Notes: a model not told the origin generated them from the letters alone. A stretch of 64,000 nucleotides of DNA from Lobosporangium transversale (GCF_002105155.1 NW_019029001.1:558001-622000); one strand, 5' to 3'. Shown: positions 25,005-37,770, counted from the first letter of the stretch. Numbers and translations: made by a program.

Positions 25005-26269
25005 TCACTTCTCTTCCCAGAATGCTGCTAGTTCCTTGCCCATTCGGTCAGGCTCGTCTTCTTGTACTGCATGACCGGAATTCTCAAAGAAGGAGAGTTG
25101 GAAATTGCCCTGTTCATATGCGGCTTTCATTTCATCGTCCATGGCATTCCTGCCTTGTAGGATCAGAATCTTGGGTGGTTTGGCGCTCAGAAACTTTCTG
25201 TTCAAATTTTCAAACCATGTGTGCCAGTGGGCTTCTGAAAGCATAAGATCAGTATACCAGGTGTACTTTGGCGGCGATCCGGGTATACGGCCAACCATGC
25301 CTGTAAACGAAATCCTGGCGGAATCCACGTTGTGGACTGTTCCTGATTCCACTCTTTATTTTATTTATTAAGAATATTAGAAATCGGATAACAAAAAAAT
25401 GCAAAACTAAATTAGGTATCATGCTTACCCCCATTGAATTGCTTGCTCTACAGAGTCGCAAGTAACTGGACGACTTTCGCACCATTTTCGGACATAGAGC
25501 AATGCTATTTCCTTGTTCGCTAACGAATCCATTTAGGAAATGAAGACGATGACTCAATATTTTCTCTTTTTTTTCTCTACAATTGTGAATGAAAGAACCT
25601 CTTCTTTTGTCTTACTTTCTTGGATATCTAAGACCGCAAACCGTGCAACATTAGGTAAAAGACCTCGTGTGGCAACCTCAGTTACAACCGCGCCGCCCAT
25701 GCTGTGGCCAACCAAGAAAAACGTTGGAAGCGATGATTCCTTCTTGCCTTGTTGGCCATACAGGGTCAAGATGATATTATGGAGATCTCTAGCCAGACGA
25801 TCGATATGCAGATTATTCTGGTCATCTGAAGTTGTCTCACCTGTTTCGTGTAAAGGCATGTTAGAAGTTAAAAAAAAAAAAAAAAAAAAAAAAGTTCCCA
25901 CGACTATTTGATTTATTTAAGCTTACCATGTCCACGAGCATCATAACTCATGATCCTGACCTGATCACCCAGAATTCTGTGCAAAGCTCGAGCTGTCGCT
26001 GCAAACGATAAGGCGCAATGTCCCGCACCGTGATGCAAAACAATGACAGGGAGGTCTCCCTTTTTGTCAGAGTTGATTTCGTAGATATTGAATGAGATGT
26101 TAGATGAATCTAATTCACTAGGAATGGACACCTTGCGGTTGGTCTCAAAGAATTCTGACCAAGAAAGCGGAGAGAAAGGACCAGCCTTGCCGTCACTCCC
26201 TGTCGTTGTAGTGACAGGAACGGGGTCTGGAGTAGGGGCATTCAAGGAAGATTCGATGTGAGAAGACAT
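25005..26269 (-). CDS. Protein phosphatase methylesterase 1-like alpha/beta hydrolase (somewhat divergent), multi-exon
   Basis: FSPLSWSEFFE, HHGAGHCALSFA, SYDARGHGET, VGHSMGGAV, YTWYTDL...WHTWFENLNRKFLS, SGHAVQEDEP match Ppe1/PME-1; the usual AGTDRLD segment reads QGRNAMD. Confidence 0.85.
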
Positions 26270-26611
26270 TTTTTTCTTAGATTCTTGTGATAATCGAGTG
26301 GGAAAAAAAAGGTAAAAAAAATATAGGGATGACATAACCGCTTTTATACCTTTCTTACAAGGGCCGCAGGTAATGGCTTATCTCCTCATATCCATATGCG
26401 TACACTCTCTATCCACTATTTGTAGTGCCAATATCGATATTTTCAGAACAGAGCTCTTGAGGCGGCGGAGCACAAGATGTAGTTATTAATGCATAACGAT
26501 GGCCATAACAAACCCACCCTTGCGCAGTTTGTCTGAAACAAATTCTTTATTGATTTCACTGCTTTCCTACAAAGGGAATCCGAGGCGTAGAATAGGGTGA
26601 ATGAGTACTTT

Positions 26612-26944
26612 CTAATCCAACTCGAGCTGCGTAATTAACTTGGGAAGCCCCTCCAGTTCTTTAATTCCCTCACACTGCCCTATGAGGTCACGATTAGATA
26701 GCGCCAGGACTGTGGGTGTCGTAGTGATCTCATACCGCTTCTGGACTTCTTGTAGCTGGTTAACATTAATTTTGATAAACTTGATAGCCGAGCATCTGGG
26801 ATTTTTGGAAAACTGATTGAATTGATGATCAATGGCTTTGGACTCCTCAGAGTCTTCTGAATAAAACCCTAGCAGAATCTTGGTATGAGCATCCAGTGCA
26901 GAGTTGAGGTCTTCCATGTTGTTGATCGTCATGATGTTTGACAT
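26612..26944 (-). CDS. Thioredoxin-fold protein lacking CxxC (SEES)
   Basis: 110 aa single exon: ILLGFYSEDSEESKAIDHQF, IKFIKINVNQLQEVQKRYEITTTPTVL align with thioredoxin DFxAxWCGPCK / FxKVDVD / YxVxxMPT. Confidence 0.8.
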   Translation of the reverse strand: MSNIMTINNMEDLNSALDAHTKILLGFYSEDSEESKAIDHQFNQFSKNPRCSAIKFIKINVNQLQEVQKRYEITTTPTVLALSNRDLIGQCEGIKELEGLPKLITQLELD

Positions 26945-27438
26945 TTTGTTTTCCTTCTTTTATTTTGCAGTGGTAGTAGTTGTGGTGGTTGTAGGAAAAG
27001 AATTCGTAATTACATTAAAAAAGAAAGAGGAAGAGAGGAAGAGGTAAATCATCAGGATGGCAATTATTGGTCAAAATTGCAATCATTCGAACGATCGGAA
27101 CCTTCTGTTCTCTCGCATCGATTATCCCTGTCATCTGTCACCCCTGCTGCCTATTTAGGTTGCATTATAAAATAAAAAAAAATCGGTTCCTGGCCTAAGA
27201 ACCATTAACGTTTTCAATAAATGCAAAGGCTTTTTTGGTTGAGAGTTATCTCGATATTGCATACAAGACATGTATTGAAACAAAGAAGTGGATGTACCAT
27301 AAAATCATATGCGCATTTGGATTTTTTATTTTCTTATACTGGAAGTCGCGTTTCGCGAAATATATCAATGAGGTAACAAACAAAAATGAAGTGGAATTTA
27401 CTACAGCTATTTGCATTGTCATTTTCCCTTCTTTCTAT

Positions 27439-29093
27439 TCAAGCATAAACTCCAATGATGGCCATGGCTGCAACCCCGGTCCAGAGGGATATAAAGCACA
27501 TGGATTTGACTTTGGTGCTTTCTTTTCGGATTTCACCATTCATATTGAACTCAACAGCCAACAAATTGACGTATCCCATATACAAAAGAATGCCAGTTGA
27601 GATAGCATCGAAAATGCCTTCAATCAAGATGGTAGATGCTGAGTATGGATTGTAGGAGCTAGAGATTCCGATCCCAATTGCTGCTCCGATAGGCATAGTC
27701 AAAGAGAAGACCAAAGCTAGCAAATAGTGAGTATAGGTCTTTTCGAACTCCAAATCTGCGATCCTTGCGCCTAACGCGAAACCTGGATGAATAAAAAAAG
27801 AGACCGTTAAAAAGTTGGTGGTCATTCCAATAACGCTTGATATGCTCAAAGTACTCCACCTCATTTTTTACCTTCAAAGAACTGATGAAAGGCAAGTGCA
27901 GCCAAAAGACCTAGAAACTCGGTGCCTGAAGATACCCCTAAAGAAATCCCGACTATGACTGAATGTGCTGCTATACCTGCTTCCAAGATATAAGTCGAAA
28001 TTCTCCGTTGTGAGCCATCAAGCAATTCTAGGTCATGCACATGGGAATGCCCTGTTTCTTTCAAACAACGACGATGATGATGGGCCGTTAACTTGGTTAT
28101 ATCTTGCGCATCATGGTCATTTTTGACGATCGGAATGGTCCCATATGATGCAAACTGTATCTTGAGCTTTTTTTTACAGGAAGGCGGATTGGACAGTGCA
28201 GAGGCCTTTAATGGACTCCTGGATGGCGATAAAGAGTCCGCTCCATTCAATTCACCCACTATGATACTGTGATCGAGATCGCACGAAGACACCGATGTGC
28301 ATGCTTGTTGCTTGCAAATGGTTTCATTGAGAATCGTGGCGATATGTCTGGAGCACGGTACCGTCGCAAGGCCTGTGGTCCCTAGATCGTCCAAATCTAC
28401 GTCAATACGTCCGACATCCCGCTCTGCACAACTACAAATATCTTCTTGGTGAGTCTTATGATTTGGGACTGGCGAGATCAATAAGCCTTCGAGAACTGCA
28501 GCCTCCTGCAACCTCTTCTGAGTACGCTCCACCGCTACAAACTCCATCCAATGCATGAACAATGAAGACGACAATATGAACAGTCCTCCTAATGCAGTGT
28601 AGTTTTCAGAGAAGAATGAACTGAGACAAGGAGAGGAAAGGTTGGACATAGCAGTAGGCATCATATGAATGAACGCCGTGGCCAAGATGATACCCGTTCC
28701 AAAGTGCTTGCCGAGAATGAGTAGCTTTTCTGGAAATAGGTATCTAGTTGAGTGGGAAGGATAGAGATGGTGATAGGAGCGACAACGGTGGCGGATACAG
28801 GAGGCCATGACGGGCATGAAGACGCCTGTTGTGCTAGCAGCTAGGATGATAAAGACACCTATGATGTGGAGATCAAGGTTATAGGGTTGTAGGTTTTCGC
28901 CACTGGGGTAGCCCTCGAAACCTTGGGACTCGTTTGAACATTCGTTTTGAAACAGTGAGCCTGTGAGATGCGCAAGAAACGGTCAGATATACTATTTAAA
29001 GTCTGCTCTGTGAACAGCCTCAAAGGATTTATTTCATTACTTCTTACCATAGCCTCCTTTAAGATGAAACGAGCTGAAGGTTGATGAAGCCAT
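27439..29093 (-). CDS. ZIP family zinc/iron permease (Zrt1-like), 3 exons
   Basis: YNLDLHIIGVFIIL, KHFGTGIILATAFIHMMP, LEAGIAAHSVIVG, LAFHQFFEGFALG, DAISTGILLY; His/Cys-rich loop; start inferred at ATG 29093. Confidence 0.93.
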
Positions 29094-29837
29094 GTCTATT
29101 ATCGCAAACAAGGAAAATAAGAGAATGAATGCTTGAAACCAGGTTGTGGCCGGAGAAGGGAGGAGGCAAAGATTGTTGTGAAAAGCAAAAAAATAATTTG
29201 GACAATATATTTATGACCAGTAAGGTACTCGCTAACCAACCTGTCATTTTATTTATTTTTGGTGGCGATGGATTGTGCGTTCGAAAGTTTGAACTGAAGC
29301 TTCTAAAGTCCAACCTTGCTGGAACTTCGCATGTGGCCTTCAAATTGCTGCGCCGATATTTTTGTGCCTGCGTTGCTTATTGGCCTCACACATAAACATC
29401 GTTACAGGTACAGATTCAGATCAGAGACACTTAAGATACGTCATTGCCTTCCGCAATGGACTAACCTCAACGAATAAGATGGAAATACCATTCAAAGAAA
29501 ATTTTTTTCCAAAAGAATGAAACGGCTGTGACTAGCAAATAAGCAAATAGGGCTTTAGGCTTTCACGTACATATACATGAGTTAGTGACTGTTTCTTTAC
29601 ATCGCTATCAGCCGCAGTTTTTTTTGTGATGTGGACAAAAAGAAATCAGATCGCTTATTTGAATCATCACCTCTTCTTTTCTCTTCATCCCTTTTCCTTC
29701 ATCCCCTCCGCCATCTCGCCAGCATCTGACGTCGCACATCTCTCCACTCTTCCTTTCGTAGTTTTGATTTCCATCCTTTTTTGTGGTTGACGTCTTTTTT
29801 TTTTATCTTTTACCTTATTTCCGTTTTTAATCTCATA

Positions 29838-32237
29838 ATGTCTGCTCTCTCAGCATCAAAGCAGAAACGTCTTGCAGCCAAGGCCGCAAAAGAGGCTGCC
29901 AAAAAGTCATCTGGTACTTCATCGCCTGCCACCACTAACGGTCGCAACACTCCCCTCCCAGGAGGCGATACTGTCGACGGGGATGATACTGTTGCCGATG
30001 CTATTATTCCTGGACTTAATGCTATGAACATCGCCAAGACGAAATCTAACGACCGCAACTCGACTGGTGTCTTGACTTCTCAACCTTTGTCCCGTGATAT
30101 CAAGATTGAGTCTTTCTCGCTCTCCTTCCACGGGCGTGAGCTCATTTCCAACACAGACATTGATCTTAACTTCGGTCGTCGTTATGGTCTGATTGGTGCC
30201 AATGGATCTGGAAAGTCTACCTTTTTGGAGTGTCTTGCCGCTCGTGAGGTTCCCATTCCAGAACATATTGATGTAAGTTTCTTTGTTATTCTTCCCTATT
30301 TCTATAACCTTATTTCCTCAAAAGCACAATGGGTAGTTCTAGGATGGATATGGGGTTTACACAATGTAACAGAGGAGACTGAATGAGAGAGAAATCTTGA
30401 AACAAAAGTGCACGGGCGAGAATACACTTTTTTCTTCGGAAAGCTTTTTTTAAAGCTTGTTGACATCATCTACAACATTACACATCACAGATATTACGTT
30501 TTTAACCCCTGTGTTTTGTACATGAGTATAACACATACAAACATTGTCAATAGCACCTATATATAACTTATTGTGGCTATTTAAACTTCACCTAAGTGAA
30601 TTTAGCCCTGCCATCTAGACCCATATGTCTAGTCTGACATTTCAGACGCTTTTTCTTGTTGGATCAGGCATATGGGATGTCTTTAATGTACCCCTTATGA
30701 TGCACCCCTTATTTTTGTACTTGTCCATGGTTTTGTGGTCGCAAGTGGCTTTTTTTATATTTTATATTTATTTATTTATTTTTTTTTTCTTGGTTTGTTT
30801 TCATAGATTTATTTGCTGCAAGAAGAAGCAGCCCCTTCGGACCACAACGCTATCGAAGCTGTTGTGGTCGAAGCCAAGCAGGAAGTTGAGCGTTTAGAAA
30901 AACTAGTCGAGGATATGTTGGCTGAGGTGAACGGTGCTGAAAACCCACTTTTGGATGATGTCTATGAGCGTATTGAGCAACTGGATCCCGCTACCTTTGA
31001 GACCCGTGCTGGCACTCTTCTTCATGGTCTTGGTTTCTCCAAGAAGGATATGCTCAAACCCACCAAGGACATGTCCGGAGGATGGCGTATGCGTGTCGCT
31101 TTAGCCAAGGCTCTGTTCGTCAAGCCCACTCTCTTGCTTTTAGATGAGCCCACCAACCACTTGGATTTGGAGGCTTGTGTGTGGCTTGAGGACTATCTTT
31201 CCAAGTATGACCGTATTTTGATCTTGATTTCGCATTCTCAGGATTTCTTGAACGGAGTCTGCACCAACATCATGAACTTGAATCATAAGCGCAAGCTTGT
31301 GAACTATGGTGGTAATTACGATACCTATGTCAAGACCCGCGCTGAATTGGAGGTTAACCAGATGAAGGCTTATGTCAAGCAGCAGGACGAGATCGCACAT
31401 ATCAAGAAGTTCATTGCATCTGCTGGTACCTACTCAAACCTGGTCAGACAAGCCAAGTCCAAGCAAAAGATTATTGATAAGATGGAGGCTGCTGGATTAG
31501 TCGAGAAAGTCGATCCCCCTCACCTCTTCAAGTTCAAGTTCTCAGATGCTGACAAACTGCCTCCACCAGTCTTGGCCTTTGATGAGGTTGGATTTGCTTA
31601 CTCTGGAGACATGAAAGATGCCCTTTATAGAGGTGTAAACCTTGGAATTGATATGGACTCACGTGTTGCTTTGGTCGGACCTAACGGAGCTGGAAAGTCA
31701 ACTTTGCTCAAGTTAATGACTGGCGAGCTTACTGCTACGGAGGGACGCATTCAGCGCCACATGCAGCTCAAGCTCGGCAAATACAACCAGCACTCTGCTG
31801 ATCAACTCGATATGGACCTTTCACCTATTGATTACTTGCGCAAGAAGTTCCCTGAGATGCCTCAGGATATCGATCACTGGCGTCAACAGATTGGTCGCTA
31901 TGGTCTTACTGGTGCTCATCAGACCGCTCCTATCGGCACTCTATCCCATGGTCTTCAAACCCGTCTTGTCTTTGCAGAGTTGGCATTGTCTCGTCCACAC
32001 ATGCTTCTTTTGGATGAACCTACCAATCACTTGGATATGGAGTCTATTGACTCTTTAGCTGAGGCGATCAAGAGCTTCTCTGGAGGAGTCGTCTTGGTAT
32101 CTCACGACTTCCGTCTCTTGAAGGAAGTTGCAGATCAAATTATTGTTGTTGATAAGGGTGTCTCAATCTTTGATGGCACGATCCTCGAGTATAAGAAGAT
32201 TTTACAGAAAAAGTCGCGCGAGTCTACCCTTGCTTAA
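29838..32237 (+). CDS. ARB1: ABC-F ATPase Arb1/ABCF2 (exons 29838-30272, 30807-32237)
   Basis: SASKQKRLAAK N-term, GRRYGLIGANGSGKST, MSGGWRMRVALAKALF, LLDEPTNHLD twice, GPNGAGKST; no TM domains. Confidence 0.95.
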
Positions 32238-32445
32238 ATTCTTTTCTTTTTTTTTATTCATTTCACCATCCCTTGCATTCGCTTTCGAAAGAGGTTTCCA
32301 GCATAACACATCAATCAATAAGAACATGAAAAAATAAATTAACAAAAAAATAAGCAAATTATATATATACTTTATTACTCTATACATTTCAAAAAGATCT
32401 TGCCAATCAGATGTTGTAAATGTTAATATTCATCCTGTCTATTTC

Positions 32446-34818
32446 TCACACATACCACTCTGCAAAGAAGTGGTCATCGAGATCTCGTGGAGGCTCATCG
32501 TCGCTTTGGCGATACCATCCCATCTCGATAGGATCTTCAACATCAGCATGAAAATCTAGGACGGAACTAAAGCGTGACATGGCTTGGTGATAATGACTTG
32601 GCCCTGATGTGAGATGTCGTGATGCTGTTGATGTCGAAGAGTAAGAGCGGGCAGTGGAAGATGAGAGTGATGAAGCGGAGGCATGTGAAGCTGCCCTCCA
32701 GGCTTGAAGGATAAGGTCCATGAATTCTTGAGATATTACGCCACAGCCAAACATTCGTACACGCTGAATTGACTGCCATCGTACCCCCTTGATCCCTCTT
32801 CCTGTCATAAGTGCGCAATCTCTGATATCCAATGTTTGTAGACTCCAGAGATCCGCGATCGCCTCCAGGACTGCATCTCCTAAGAGCCGTTGTCCTGAAA
32901 TATTGATAGTTTGTAGTTCGTGACAGGCTTTAATAACTGGAATCAAATCATCATCCGTAAGGACAGGTTTAGGTCCAGAAAGGAGCTGAATGAACGGGAT
33001 AGAAAGCGACGTCAAGTTTTTGCAATAGGGGGCAATCCCTTCACGAAGAACAGGACCTTGTATTGGTCGACGTCCCTGCAAAACCGTTAGACCACGGAGT
33101 CGAGAACCCAAAGAGCTCAATAAATAAATCCAAACCTGGTTACTCCAACAAGAGTCAAATACACAGAGGTTCTCCAATAAAGATAATGAGATAATGGCTC
33201 TGAGGAGAGGCCAATCGCGACTAGAGTAACCCAAGATCAGAACCCGAAGATCCTGTAATGCAGAAATCAAGTTGAGCATCCCGGGAAAAGTGGGGACAGT
33301 GCAATACATAGGCGAAGGCATATCTAGCTCCTGGATGCCAGCACCTTGAACCCCACGAACAATGGCGTCCAGGATGGGAAGAGAAGCAGATTCTGTCAGA
33401 ATTTCTGCAGCACCATATTCAATCTCTTGGGGTAATTGAATCGAGAGTGTACGGAAGGGCGAGACGTATTCAAGGATCGTTGTAATGTTGTCAGTCATGG
33501 CTGCAATGTCGGTAGCAATGGTAACACCAGTTCCTGCAGCCGGTGCTGAGGGTGGTGACAATGACGGGGTGAATGGTTCTGAGGATGTTGATTCTTCTGC
33601 TGGTATGGCTGCTGTTGATGTCACTGTTGCTGCTGCTTCCGCCGCTATAGCTATATCATTTGTATCCTCATGTTCTTGTGCTCCTGCTAATAATCTGGCG
33701 ACTTCAAATTCTTTTTCTCCCTCGGCTGCTTCATACTCCTTTTCTTCTGTCAATAGTTCCGCAGCCTCTAAAAGATCGACTTCCACGCGCTGAATAATTT
33801 CAGTAATGTCATAATTTTTGCTTGTGATCTGTGCAGAAGCATGTGAGGAAGCCACGAGGTGCAAAAGACGTCGACAAGATCGGTCAAATGGATCAGGGAG
33901 GACAATAGTCTGCCAAATTGTCGAGAGGGCGGCGATGCGCCAGGCCATATTGACTCTGGAGCAAGCGAGCAGATCAGAGGGTTGCATACGGTCATAATAC
34001 TGCTGAGCATTGGCTCTGGAAGGCAGATGTGAAAAAATTGCAAGAAGGATGTCGTGAGGGACATAAAGACTTGGTCGCCCCTTATCAAGCTGTACTTTCC
34101 CTGCAATAGTGGCATTGACATCCAAAATCATCTCATTTCCTCCAGTAGTAGAAGACGCCGCTAACGAAGTCATAGAGATCGATGTCGACGGCAAATCCTG
34201 AGAAGCATTGTTGTTGCTACTGCTGGGTAGTCGTTTAGTAGCTGTTTTGCGCGACACAATCTCTGGACGGGTTCTCCTCCATGGCTGCTTGTGCTTGGCT
34301 TGCAGGCGCCTCGATGTGGCTGCTTGACTTACAAGATGGTTACGACGAGCTGGATGATGTCGTGGGGGAGGCTGTGTAGCATTGGGCAATGGTGATGCTA
34401 ATGTTTGTTGATGAAGTGAAAGAGGAAGAGAATGAGATAGTAAGGGTGTGATCGTATCAGATGTGGTCATTCGTTCAAGTCGTGGCACGAGCACTGAAAT
34501 GTCGCCTGAAATGTCGCCTGAAATAGAGACAGATGGGACAGTAATGATAGAGGAGGTTGGAATGGAAGTGGGCCAAGTAGAAGACGAATGAGGCGGACGG
34601 AAGAGAGTATCCAAGGCCCAATCTGGCAGCTCTTCGTCGTGCTGTGATGCACTGCCAGTAGTAAACTGCATCTGTTGTTCTGTCTGTGCTTGTGCTCGTC
34701 GTCTACGTGCTCGGTGTTCCTTGAGCCAGGCAGAGAGACGAAGTGCAAATTTTGAGGATGGTCTTGCTGTGTTGGTGCCGCCAGCAGTCCGTGCATGGTA
34801 AACCTGGCGATTATGCAT
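32446..34818 (-). CDS. F-box / RNI-like LRR protein, single exon
   Basis: F-box VPHDILLAIFSHL...DLLACSRVNMAWRIAALSTIW; LRR-like CKNLTSLSI, CHELQTINISG, LQTLDIRDCALMTG. Start codon uncertain. Confidence 0.85.
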   Translation of the reverse strand: MHNRQVYHARTAGGTNTARPSSKFALRLSAWLKEHRARRRRAQAQTEQQMQFTTGSASQHDEELPDWALDTLFRPPHSSSTWPTSIPTSSIITVPSVSISGDISGDISVLVPRLERMTTSDTITPLLSHSLPLSLHQQTLASPLPNATQPPPRHHPARRNHLVSQAATSRRLQAKHKQPWRRTRPEIVSRKTATKRLPSSSNNNASQDLPSTSISMTSLAASSTTGGNEMILDVNATIAGKVQLDKGRPSLYVPHDILLAIFSHLPSRANAQQYYDRMQPSDLLACSRVNMAWRIAALSTIWQTIVLPDPFDRSCRRLLHLVASSHASAQITSKNYDITEIIQRVEVDLLEAAELLTEEKEYEAAEGEKEFEVARLLAGAQEHEDTNDIAIAAEAAATVTSTAAIPAEESTSSEPFTPSLSPPSAPAAGTGVTIATDIAAMTDNITTILEYVSPFRTLSIQLPQEIEYGAAEILTESASLPILDAIVRGVQGAGIQELDMPSPMYCTVPTFPGMLNLISALQDLRVLILGYSSRDWPLLRAIISLSLLENLCVFDSCWSNQVWIYLLSSLGSRLRGLTVLQGRRPIQGPVLREGIAPYCKNLTSLSIPFIQLLSGPKPVLTDDDLIPVIKACHELQTINISGQRLLGDAVLEAIADLWSLQTLDIRDCALMTGRGIKGVRWQSIQRVRMFGCGVISQEFMDLILQAWRAASHASASSLSSSTARSYSSTSTASRHLTSGPSHYHQAMSRFSSVLDFHADVEDPIEMGWYRQSDDEPPRDLDDHFFAEWYV

Positions 34819-35054
34819 CCTGATGAATCTTGTGTATGCAATTTACTTTAAATCTGTTAATAAGATGACGAGATATGTGTTTATGAGGTATCTGTCTTGT
34901 GTGTGTTTGTAAAAAGAGTGATGGCATGCCAAGAGGAGAGATGGGATGGGGAAAGTGAAGTGTGACCTGCGCAAAAAAAGAAAAATTGGTTGATCTTGTT
35001 TACATTGCTAAGGCCATCTTTAAATAATGAACAAGCAAAGACTCAATCTTAATT

Positions 35055-35056
<2 letters not shown>

Positions 35057-35132
<76 letters not shown>
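35057..35132. repeat. (CT)38 microsatellite in the divergent promoter between F-box and carrier genes
   Basis: Directly visible perfect CT run. Confidence 0.97.
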
Positions 35133-35134
<2 letters not shown>

Positions 35135-35223
35135 TGTATTCTGAATACAGTAACATATGACTTAGAGCCTTAAGGCAAGAATAATATTCATTCAATTCAA
35201 CCTTTATACCCTATTACATTGTC

Positions 35224-36438
35224 ATGACTCCATCTACAGCAGCAACAAAACCCCAAGGAGCAATTACAGGAGACATTCATAATAAAGATAATAACACCTT
35301 CAACACCCTTATAGCCTCCTCTATTGCAGCTTTTACCTCACGTCTTTGCACTCACCCTCTCGACACCCTCAAGACTCGTGTCCAGGCCTCAAACTCGCCA
35401 CTTCCTCTATTGCCTACATTTGTTAACCTTGTCAAGAATAAAGAGCTTTATCGGGGTCTTCCGATTGCTTTGACACTTAGTGTCCCTGCTTTATCCGTTT
35501 ATTTGACTGCATATGATCTTTCCAAGGACCGACTATCAAAACATTTCTCTTATTTTGGAAGCAACACAGTCATCAACCACATGGCCAGCGCAGTTGTGGC
35601 CGAGATCTCCTCTGGACTCTTTTGGACGCCTATGGAGGTGCTTAAATCAAAGCAACAAGTAGAGAATATGTCTTCCCATTCACTGTCGTCCCTTTCTTCA
35701 ATCCCCTCAGCAGCAACCTCTGCTTCTTTACCAAAATCACCACAATCGCGTTCATCCACTGGAGCATTGCCAAGCTCCAAAACCAAAGCTTGTCACATAC
35801 CAACCGCTTCGTTTTCAACGACCAGAACAACCGCAACGGGATTGCGAACAGCCGTCAGGACTTTCGATCTTGCAAAGATGATTTATCGCCAAGAAGGACT
35901 ACGGGGATTCTATCGTGGGTATTTTATTACTTTGGGGGTTTTTGTGTAAGTACTGAGCTTTTTTTGTTGCTACTATTGTAGTTGTTTGTCGCATCATATT
36001 TATACTTGCTGAATCTCATTTTACATAATAACCTTTTTTTTTATCAGACCATATTCGATAATATACTTTACAACATATGAGCACCTCAAGAAGATGGCAT
36101 GGCGTGAGCAGCAGCGATCTGCAACTATCATAGCTGAGGGACATGAAAAAGATACACTACCATTCATGACAATTGTCACATGTGCTGCTGTCGCTGCAGG
36201 GATCGCTGGAGCTATCTCCAACATCGTTGACATCGTCAAAACGCGTTGGCAGATCTCTGTACTCGCCACAGCTGAGGATAACTCATCAACAAAGAACATC
36301 ATCCGTCAAATGTTTCGTCAGGGAGGACTGGCAAGCTTCACACGAGGCATGGGAGCACGCGTCCTATGGATGGTTCCAAGTGTTACTATCTCTATGTCTA
36401 CATTTGAATGGTTAAAGGCACAAGGATTTGCAGCATGA
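35224..36438 (+). CDS. Mitochondrial carrier (SLC25) protein, intron 35946-36047
   Basis: HPLDTLKTRVQ, TPMEVLKSKQQ, NIVDIVKTRWQ; EGLRGFYRG; GGLASFTRG. Substrate not assignable. Confidence 0.92.
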
Positions 36439-36495
36439 TAATGTATGAACTATAGAAAACTATTGCATTTATAAAAAAATTACGACCCATGGGTT

Positions 36496-37770
36496 TTATT
36501 TCCTGGTTTTTTTGCTACTAGAATTCTCAAAATCTTCTGCCTTGCGCTTTTTACCCTTTTTGCTTGATGAATTTTCATCTATTGACTTTTTTTCCTTTTT
36601 GTCTTTTTTACTATCCTTCTTCTCCTTCTTCTCTTTTTTGGCCTTCTTGTCTTCCTTGCTTGTTTCTGAAGTAGATGCCGGTGTTGCAACAATTATCTGT
36701 TCTTCTATATTGGTTTCCACTGTGGCAGGCGTCACAGAGACAGTAGCCTTGACAAATCCGAGGCCACGTAGCCCTCTATTATTAAATCCTGAAGCCCCTA
36801 TACCCTGAGAAGTGGAGAACCCAAGACCGCCAAAAGCAGGTCTGACTGGTTCGTCATTGTTATCATCGCTAGTGGAGGCATTGCTTTGCTGCAATTGTGC
36901 GGCAAAAATGTCAGAAGAAGTCATAGCCGTTTCAACAATAGGAGTCGATGTCCCTGAAGTTGCAGGCGAGACAGTTTCGGATTTGATGCCCAAGATTTCG
37001 TTAAGACGTTCATTATTCTGCATAGCAGCAAGCTTGTTCTTGAGATATTTGTGCCTTGACCTGGAAAATAATTAAAGAAATGTAACAACGCTATCAGAAA
37101 TCATTTGAATTGGTGGTCCTTAATTGAATCACCACATGTATTTTGAAAAATTTAAACTTACGCCTTGCGACCAGTGATCGCTGCCATAGCACTATTCTTA
37201 TCGACACTCTCCTCCTGGCTCGACTTCCTTTCTTTCTTGTCTTTTTTTTCCTTCTTGTTTTTCTTCTTCTCCTTGCTCTCTTTTCTAGATTTCTTTTTTG
37301 ACTTCTTTTCTTTCTCACTGTCCGATTTTTCAGATTCTGTCTCGCTATCACTGCTATTATAACTATTGTTTTTGCTTTCATTTTCCTGCGTCTCTTTCTC
37401 GACTCGCTCGTTTAAATCGGCGAGCAACCTGCTGAAAGCATCTGTGTTACCTAGCCAGTTGTCGCTCGTCTTCTTTGTTGCGCCTACTCCAAGATTATTT
37501 TCCTTCAGGCGAACCTTCACATGTTCCTGAACACCATCCTCCTTGGCTCCAAGTCCCTTTCCTTGTGACCAGCCCATCTTCTCCATCATCTTATATCCAA
37601 ACTTATTGGTATCTATACAGTTTAAACACAGGAAGAATAAGTGATTGATACCTTAAAGATAATACAAAATCGCCCCAAATCCCTAAAAAATACATACCGT
37701 TTGCCCAATGCAAATTACGAGGGTCAGGCGCTAGCCTCTGCTTCGCATGACGAACGGCTTTCAAAGACAT
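36496..37770 (-). CDS. PXR1: G-patch protein Pxr1/Gno1/PINX1, 3 exons
   Basis: KQRLAPDPRNLHWAND, KFGYKMMEKMGWSQGKGLGAKEDG...KENNLGVGA, FSRLLADLN, KKE-rich tracts. Confidence 0.9.
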
